Virus record (IMG/VR): IMGVR_UViG_3300045988_144993
Length of the DNA stretch: 64,000 bases
Origin: a virus
Strand: one strand, 5' to 3'
Below the pieces are notes generated by a model. That model had not been told where the DNA came from. It did no database searches and saw only the letters and a program-made list of their open reading frames with translations. Made by a program: the position numbers and the translations under genes. Positions 58,347-64,000 of the stretch are shown here, one piece after another; position 1 is the stretch's first letter; each line of letters starts with the position of its first letter.

Positions 58347-59117
58347 ATGGATAAGAGGTTAGTAACCAAGCGCGAAGTCCTTTTTAGTATTATCATTATT
58401 GCTGTAATGCTTGTGTTTGGTTTTATGATTTCATCCGGAATAAGTAATTCTTTAATGAATGATTATCAGGAATACAACACGGCATTGCAGATAGATAATA
58501 ACAAAGATGTATTTCAACACGGTATGAGAACAAACATAGGTAATGCTTTCGTATATGGTGAACTTAAAGCTGTTGATACAGTTTCTTATGATGAAATTGA
58601 AGGAGACTTCTCCTATATAAAGAAAGTCAAAGAGAAATATACAAGACACACAAGCACGGTAACAAAAACGAGAACAAACTCAAAAGGCAAAACCGAAACA
58701 TATACGGAAACAGAAGAATATTATACTTGGGATTATGTTAGCCAAGAATCAAAAAGCTCTACAAAGATTGATTTTATTGGTGTTGAGTTTCCTTATGATA
58801 CAATTCATTTACCAAGTGAAAGAGAAATAAAAACGATATATGTAGATGGTGATTGGTGGCATTCATCAGGAGATATAAGATATGTGTATTATGCTGCTCC
58901 TGCCGAATGTAAAGGAACACTATACGCTGTACTTAAAGATAATACAATTTCTAATGTTCACTTTTATTATGATAAGAATATTGAAGATACAATCGAAAAC
59001 CTTGAGTCCGAATGGCAGATAATGGCTTTTTGGATTTTTTGGATATTACTTATAGGTGGATTGGTAGTAGGTTTTTATGTCGTTGATAATAAGTGGCTTG
59101 AAGATAAAAAGAAATAA
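58347..59117 (+). CDS. membrane protein (partner of LemA)
   Basis: N- and C-terminal transmembrane segments. Confidence 0.5.
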   Translation: MDKRLVTKREVLFSIIIIAVMLVFGFMISSGISNSLMNDYQEYNTALQIDNNKDVFQHGMRTNIGNAFVYGELKAVDTVSYDEIEGDFSYIKKVKEKYTRHTSTVTKTRTNSKGKTETYTETEEYYTWDYVSQESKSSTKIDFIGVEFPYDTIHLPSEREIKTIYVDGDWWHSSGDIRYVYYAAPAECKGTLYAVLKDNTISNVHFYYDKNIEDTIENLESEWQIMAFWIFWILLIGGLVVGFYVVDNKWLEDKKK

Positions 59118-59134
59118 TTAAAGGAGATTAAGAA

Positions 59135-59731
59135 ATGAATATGTTCAATGGTATGTTTGGCAAAGTAGCCAACGGAATGTGCAGACTTTCAATGAACGGT
59201 GAGGTTGCCGTAAAGACAAGTGATGGTTATAAGACTTATAATATCAAGAAAAATAGACTTACAAATTGCAATAACTTCGTTTTCAATCTTGGTGAGGAAT
59301 TTTTCTTTGTAATTCCTACTAATAAAGTTGAAGCTGGCGACATTATTCTTGTATCAGGCAAGCCAAAGTGTGTTATTGCAGTAAATAATGATACAATTAA
59401 GGTCATTGATTATGAGGATTCAACTGTTAAGGACATTCTTCCAGAACGCCACGTTTTTATGGGTAATACATATTTTTACGGCAAGATTGTTTCAATGTTC
59501 GGAAACGACTTGATGAAGGGTAAAAAAGGTATGGGCAAAATGATGTCCTATATGATGATGTCTGAAATGATGAAGGGCAGCAATGGCGGAACAATGGGTG
59601 ATAATGGTATGGCTTCAATGCTTCCATTTATGTTGCTTGGTGGCGGAAATAGGTTTACCGATATATTTGATGGTATGTTCGATTCCGATAACAATGATGA
59701 AGAAGTAACAGAAGATAAGGAGGCAGAATAA
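59135..59731 (+). CDS. hypothetical Met/Gly-rich protein
   Basis: ORF with ribosome-binding site AAAGGAGAT. Confidence 0.5.
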   Translation: MNMFNGMFGKVANGMCRLSMNGEVAVKTSDGYKTYNIKKNRLTNCNNFVFNLGEEFFFVIPTNKVEAGDIILVSGKPKCVIAVNNDTIKVIDYEDSTVKDILPERHVFMGNTYFYGKIVSMFGNDLMKGKKGMGKMMSYMMMSEMMKGSNGGTMGDNGMASMLPFMLLGGGNRFTDIFDGMFDSDNNDEEVTEDKEAE

Positions 59732-60588
59732 TGGGTTGCGGAACTTGGACTACAAGTGATTATACAATTTACTCAAAATCTGTTGGTAGAACTGTTCTTG
59801 ATGACGGTAATTTAGATAAGAGTTATTCTGCACAGGATTTATTTAAGTCAAGATGTATTCAACCTGAATTAGACCCTTATAATGTAGTTCGTCAGTGTTG
59901 TGATTCAGACGAACATCCTAATACAATCCCAGTTATTCTTGCTCTTGATGTTACGGGTAGTATGGGTAGTGCTGCCGCAGAAGTCGCAAAGAAACTCAAT
60001 GAGGTTATGACAAGACTCTATGAGGAAGTAACTGACGTGGAATTCCTTGTTATGGGTATTGGCGATTTGGCTTATGATAATGCACCTATTCAGGCTTCAC
60101 AGTTTGAATCAGATGTTCGTATTGCCGAGCAGCTTGATAAAATTTATTTTGAAAGAGGTGGTGGCGGTAATTCATTTGAGTCATATACTGCTGCGTGGTA
60201 TTTTGGATTAAAACACACCGACCTCGATTGCTGGAAGCGTGGTAAGAAAGGCATTATCATTACAATGGGAGATGAATCATTAAATCCTTATCTTCCTGCA
60301 AATAGATTAAGTGCCGTAACCGGAGATTCATTGCAGACTGATGTTGAAACAGAAACACTTTATAAGGCGGCAAGTGAAAAATTTGATATTTACCACTTGG
60401 CTATTGATGATACTGCTACAAGTTATTCTTGGCATAAAGATGGTATTAACAATACTTATAGCAAGTATCTTGATAACAAACATTTCCTTACTGTTGGATT
60501 GAATAATATTGCAAGCACTATTGTTAATATTATAACCAATGCAAAAGATGAGGAAGTTGCAAATACAAATACTGAAATTTCTTGGTGA
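59731..60588 (+). CDS. vWA-domain protein
   Basis: MIDAS-type metal-binding motif LDVTGSMG. Confidence 0.6.
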   Translation: MGCGTWTTSDYTIYSKSVGRTVLDDGNLDKSYSAQDLFKSRCIQPELDPYNVVRQCCDSDEHPNTIPVILALDVTGSMGSAAAEVAKKLNEVMTRLYEEVTDVEFLVMGIGDLAYDNAPIQASQFESDVRIAEQLDKIYFERGGGGNSFESYTAAWYFGLKHTDLDCWKRGKKGIIITMGDESLNPYLPANRLSAVTGDSLQTDVETETLYKAASEKFDIYHLAIDDTATSYSWHKDGINNTYSKYLDNKHFLTVGLNNIASTIVNIITNAKDEEVANTNTEISW

Positions 60589-60594
60589 TAAATA

Positions 60595-61794
60595 ATGAGT
60601 AAAGTTAAGGTCAAAGTAGTAATAGGTAGTAATTATGGAGATGAAGGAAAAGGATTGGCAACACATTTTTTCTCTCAATCCGCGAAAAATAAGTGCTTAA
60701 ATGTTTTATTTAATGGAGGATGTCAACGAGGTCATACTGTCGAACTTAAAGATGGCACAAGGCATATTTTCCATCATTTTGGAAGTGGCACATTTGATAA
60801 TGCTCATACATACTTTGACCAAAACTTTATGGTTAATCCTGCAATCTTCATTCAAGAATATAATGAGCTTAAAAAATATGGCATCAAACCTATATGTATG
60901 ATTTCTCCTAAATGTAGAGTAAGCACTATGTATGATATGTTTATCAATCAAATTGTTGAAATACATAGAGAGAATAAAAGACACGGTTCTTGTGGTTATG
61001 GTATTTGGGAAACACAAAAAAGGTATGATGATGGTGTTTTTGCATTAGATTATAACCAACTATCTCATATGAACGATAAAGATGTTGTAGATTATCTACA
61101 TAATATAGCAAATGTTTATTTACCTAAAAAATTATTTGAATACGGAATAACAGAAATTCCACAAGAGTATCAAGAGTTGATAAAGTCTAAAGGGTTAATT
61201 GAACATTTCGTTAGTGATTTAAGAGAAATGCAATATATAACTTTTATGTGTGATTTCGATAGAATCCGAAATAAGTATAATACCATTATATTTGAGGGTG
61301 CGCAAGGTCTTGAACTTGATGAGAATAATCTAAAAGCATTGCCATACATCACAGCAAGTAATACTACTTCTTATACACCTATTCAAAGAGTTAATGATTT
61401 TGATTGCGATGTTGAAATTTGTTATATTACAAGGTCTTATTTTACCAGACACGGAGCAGGAACATTACCAACAGAATGTGATAAGTCGGATATAAATAAA
61501 GATATAACTGACCTTACAAACTGTTATAACGATTACCAGCAAACAATAAGGTATGGAATGTTTGATTATGATGAGTTTATCAATAGAGTGAAAGCTGATA
61601 TACAAAGAGCAAGAGAAAAAATCAGCGGAACAAAAACTTCTGTTATGATTACTCATTTGAATTATACGGATAATGAAATTGCAGGTAATTGTAAAATTCA
61701 AGATTTGTTAAAACATTTCGATAATATATATTTATCTAATACAAAATTTTCAGAAGATATAAAGAGAACCAACAAAGGAAGTACAATATATTGA
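60595..61794 (+). CDS. adenylosuccinate synthetase family protein (PurA/PurZ-like)
   Basis: GDEGKG, GGCQRGHT, FEGAQG, ASNTT and TRHGAGTLPTE motifs. Confidence 0.65.
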   Translation: MSKVKVKVVIGSNYGDEGKGLATHFFSQSAKNKCLNVLFNGGCQRGHTVELKDGTRHIFHHFGSGTFDNAHTYFDQNFMVNPAIFIQEYNELKKYGIKPICMISPKCRVSTMYDMFINQIVEIHRENKRHGSCGYGIWETQKRYDDGVFALDYNQLSHMNDKDVVDYLHNIANVYLPKKLFEYGITEIPQEYQELIKSKGLIEHFVSDLREMQYITFMCDFDRIRNKYNTIIFEGAQGLELDENNLKALPYITASNTTSYTPIQRVNDFDCDVEICYITRSYFTRHGAGTLPTECDKSDINKDITDLTNCYNDYQQTIRYGMFDYDEFINRVKADIQRAREKISGTKTSVMITHLNYTDNEIAGNCKIQDLLKHFDNIYLSNTKFSEDIKRTNKGSTIY

Positions 61795-61804
61795 TTAAAA
61801 TTAA

Positions 61805-62273
61805 CACCCCCTGCCAAATCTTATATGTGGAGAGTGTTTAACAGAATTAAGTAAAATACCAAACGAGAGCATTGATTTAATTGTAACAGACCCACCTTAT
61901 AAAATTACTTCTCGTGGGAACGCCGGAAATTCAGGTGGTATGTTACAAAAGAAAATCAATATGCAAGGTCAAGTATTTAAGCATAATAACATTGATTGTT
62001 CAGAATATGCATCGGAGTTTTATAGAATATTAAAAGATGGCAGTCATTAAATTAAAAGGTATTGACGGAAAGAATTTACACGATACTGAAAAGCCTGTTG
62101 AGTTGATGAAGATATTGATTAACAATTCTTCTCAACAAAACGGTATAGTATTAGACCTATTTATGGGTATAGGTAGTACAGGCATTGCTTGTAAAGAGCT
62201 TGACCGACAATTCATAGGTATAGAAATAGACCAACAATACTACAATATTGCACAGGAACGAATTAAAGGATAA
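61805..62273 (+). pseudogene. beta-class DNA methyltransferase, 5'-truncated and frameshifted
   Basis: The first frame encodes ..LICGECLTELSKIPNESIDLIVTDPPY..RILKDGSH then a stop at 62050, with no start codon. The second frame (62037-62273) holds TEKPVE...VLDLFMGIGSTG...FIGIE. Confidence 0.5.
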
Positions 62274-62274
62274 A

Positions 62275-62562
62275 ATGACTGAAACAAAGTTACCTTATAC
62301 ACATCTTCTTTATGTTAGAAAATATTCTATCATTACCAATGATTATGAACTTTTTATCGTTGGCGTTAATACTAAAGATATTTTCCATACTATGGGGGAA
62401 TATTTGTATCGAAGCGAAACGCAAGTCAAGAGAATAAACAAAGTAGAATGCACACAAGAAAAACTTGACTTTTGGGCAAAAGAAGGATATGAGATTTATG
62501 AATTTAAGGACAAGTACATTGTTAAGAATGAAAGGAAAGAAGAAAATGCAGATTACCATTGA
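62275..62562 (+). CDS. hypothetical protein
   Basis: Start trimmed to the ATG after ribosome-binding site AAAGGA. Confidence 0.45.
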   Translation: MTETKLPYTHLLYVRKYSIITNDYELFIVGVNTKDIFHTMGEYLYRSETQVKRINKVECTQEKLDFWAKEGYEIYEFKDKYIVKNERKEENADYH

Positions 62563-63187
62563 TAGTGCAAATGTAAAAAAAATTGAAAATGGAAAGGTTA
62601 CTATTGACCTTAATCCAGAGCAACTTGCAGCATTAACTTGTTCCAATAAAGTTGAATTATCAACACTAAAACCAGGAGATGAATTTAAGCTCGGAGATGA
62701 AGCATTCATTGTGATGGAACATACTGATAGAGGAACAAGAGTTATTTCAAAAGAGTTTGCTTATGAAGGAGTAAAATTCGGCAATAATTCAAATTGGAAT
62801 ACATCTCTTATTCGCAAAATGTTCAATAATGAGTATTTTGAGAAGATTGCAGCTATCATCGGAAAAAACAATATTATTTCTATGGATAGAGACCTCACTT
62901 CTCTCGATGGTTTGGATGATTACGGAACTTGTACCGATAAGGTAAGTCTTTTAACCGCTATGGAATATGCAAAGTATCATAAGATTCTTGGTTTGAAGTC
63001 TAACTATCCTAATTGGTGGTGGCTTATTACTCCTATATCCACCCCGAGTAATGGCTATGCTCTTGGCGTTTGCTATGTCGATTCCGACGGCATTATTCGC
63101 TGGAATGGCTGTGGCTATGCCTCCTGTGGTGTGCGCCCGTTTTTGAATCTTGAATCTTCTATCTCGGTTCTTTTGAATAAGGATTAA
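62546..63187 (+). CDS. hypothetical protein, paralog of 29207-29815
   Basis: Start trimmed to the ATG at about 62546. The C-terminus has the motif W.GCGYASCGVRPF. Confidence 0.55.
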   Translation: MQITIDSANVKKIENGKVTIDLNPEQLAALTCSNKVELSTLKPGDEFKLGDEAFIVMEHTDRGTRVISKEFAYEGVKFGNNSNWNTSLIRKMFNNEYFEKIAAIIGKNNIISMDRDLTSLDGLDDYGTCTDKVSLLTAMEYAKYHKILGLKSNYPNWWWLITPISTPSNGYALGVCYVDSDGIIRWNGCGYASCGVRPFLNLESSISVLLNKD

Positions 63188-63618
63188 CGACTATTTATCC
63201 ATTCACGGAATTGTGATAATACGATTGTTTCAAGACGAGAAGTTTGAAAAGCATTTCTTCTTGACAAGAGCATTTCAAAACGCTTAAATCGCTGATTTGC
63301 TAAATCAATAGGAAGCCCGGAGAGGCTACTCATCTCTTCCGCAGATTTAACACCTAATTCTTTGAAAATAATCATAGGCGCAAGAATTCTAATAGCAAGG
63401 TATCTTGGAAATTCAGGATTCGCCATTCCAAAGATTTTCAAGATACATTCGGCAACGGAAAGAGTATTATCATATAAAGATTTAGAATTGTCAATTAAGT
63501 GTTGTAAATCATAAAGAGTAGCAATAGCATTTATATCAACTGGCAGCCGTGAAATATTTGCATCAATGAGTAAATCCCACGCTAAATTTCGTATATGTTT
63601 ATATTCTTGTTCTGTCAT
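63184..63618 (-). CDS. hypothetical protein
   Basis: Minus-strand ORF downstream of the ImmA-like gene. Confidence 0.5.
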   Translation of the reverse strand: MTEQEYKHIRNLAWDLLIDANISRLPVDINAIATLYDLQHLIDNSKSLYDNTLSVAECILKIFGMANPEFPRYLAIRILAPMIIFKELGVKSAEEMSSLSGLPIDLANQRFKRFEMLLSRRNAFQTSRLETIVLSQFREWINSR

Positions 63619-63682
63619 AAAAAAAACACCTCATAGAGATTGTTCCCTATGAGATGTAAAATATAACGAATATATTATATTG

Positions 63683-64000
63683 TTAATAACTACCTTTTTG
63701 TTTATAAAGTTTAACAATATCATTTTCCCAGGCAGTTTTGCGATGGTATTGTTTCCATTTTAAGTATTTTTTATAACGATAAAGAGAGGCTTCTGTTGAC
63801 AATCCGAAAACATTTTGAACATCTAAAGGTGATTGAACATTTAGATATTCATAAAGAGGAAACGGAGATAATATTGTTGCGGCAAAATAATCAGCTTCAT
63901 TTTCAAATTCAGAATTTTCTGCGCACATAAAACTATTCTCCGATAATTTTGAATAAGCAGATGCAGAGTGGTGTTTGCAAAGAATATGCCCTATTTCGTG
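63683..64000 (-). CDS. ImmA/IrrE-family metallopeptidase (5' end beyond the window)
   Basis: The minus-strand translation continues past the ATG at 63928 up to position 64000, reading HEIGHILCKHH...EADYFAATILSPF. This has the HEXXH motif and the E..YFA block of the family. Confidence 0.55.
   Translation of the reverse strand, partial: HEIGHILCKHHSASAYSKLSENSFMCAENSEFENEADYFAATILSPFPLYEYLNVQSPLDVQNVFGLSTEASLYRYKKYLKWKQYHRKTAWENDIVKLYKQKGSY

Noticed and set aside
190-62709. Numerous minus-strand ORFs of 60-160 aa nested antisense inside long + strand genes, for example 9963-10316, 31718-32137, 32026-32508, 55191-55568 and 62290-62709.
   Set aside because: They are embedded in confidently identified + strand genes, AT-rich, and lack ribosome-binding sites. 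They are typical antisense artefacts.

Overview
This window is dense, low-GC (~33%) phage or prophage DNA. Almost everything is coded on the + strand, with short intergenic gaps and AGGAGG-type ribosome-binding sites. I found no capsid, portal or terminase genes, so it looks like an early/accessory and lysogeny-type region. About 90 ORFs are present, most of them small hypotheticals.

Recognisable genes:
- a tyrosine integrase (21387-22340)
- a MazF/PemK-like toxin (23158-23541)
- an ImmA/IrrE-family metallopeptidase on the minus strand, running off the end of the window
- a 1020-aa fusion of an N6-adenine methyltransferase with an SNF2-type helicase (8595-11657)
- two further small DNA methyltransferases, one of them truncated and frameshifted
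- a SprT-like protease
- a DUF262 (ParB-like) domain protein
- a radical-SAM/SPASM enzyme followed by three paralogous proteins
- a flotillin/SPFH protein
- a TerD-domain protein
- a LAGLIDADG homing endonuclease
- two proteins with the 3D cell-wall-binding domain
- an NMN-adenylyltransferase-like protein next to an NAD-dependent DNA ligase (LigA)
- an S-adenosylmethionine synthetase (MetK) carrying a 1-nt frameshift
- a PurA-family (adenylosuccinate-synthetase-like) protein
- a vWA protein and LemA
- a set of tRNA-maintenance enzymes: Thg1-like 3'-5' nucleotidyltransferase, a PTH2-type peptidyl-tRNA hydrolase, a DHH/DHHA1 phosphoesterase and two metallophosphoesterases

Two clusters hold at least 12 canonical tRNAs: Gly, Gln, Ser x2, Trp, Cys, His, Lys, Arg, Leu x2 and Met.

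The most unusual feature sits inside and beside the tRNA array. It is a family of seven tRNA-sized repeat units with conserved 5' (TGTGGCTG..TCATCCTTCTA) and 3' (AAATTTCCA) blocks. Three of these units contain circularly permuted tRNA-like domains, ordered 3' half, loop, 5' half.

At least 12 promoters share the architecture TTGACA-N17-(TGn)TATAAT. They carry a conserved upstream element TTAGAAATAATWTTGAGAAA, and four of them have a 17-bp palindrome TAGTAAATGATTTACTA just downstream of the -10.

Several genes look disrupted by frameshifts or in-frame stops. This could mean either a decaying prophage or homopolymer sequencing errors.

Coordinates I indexed by hand (RNAs, promoters, adjusted start codons) may be off by 1-2 nt.
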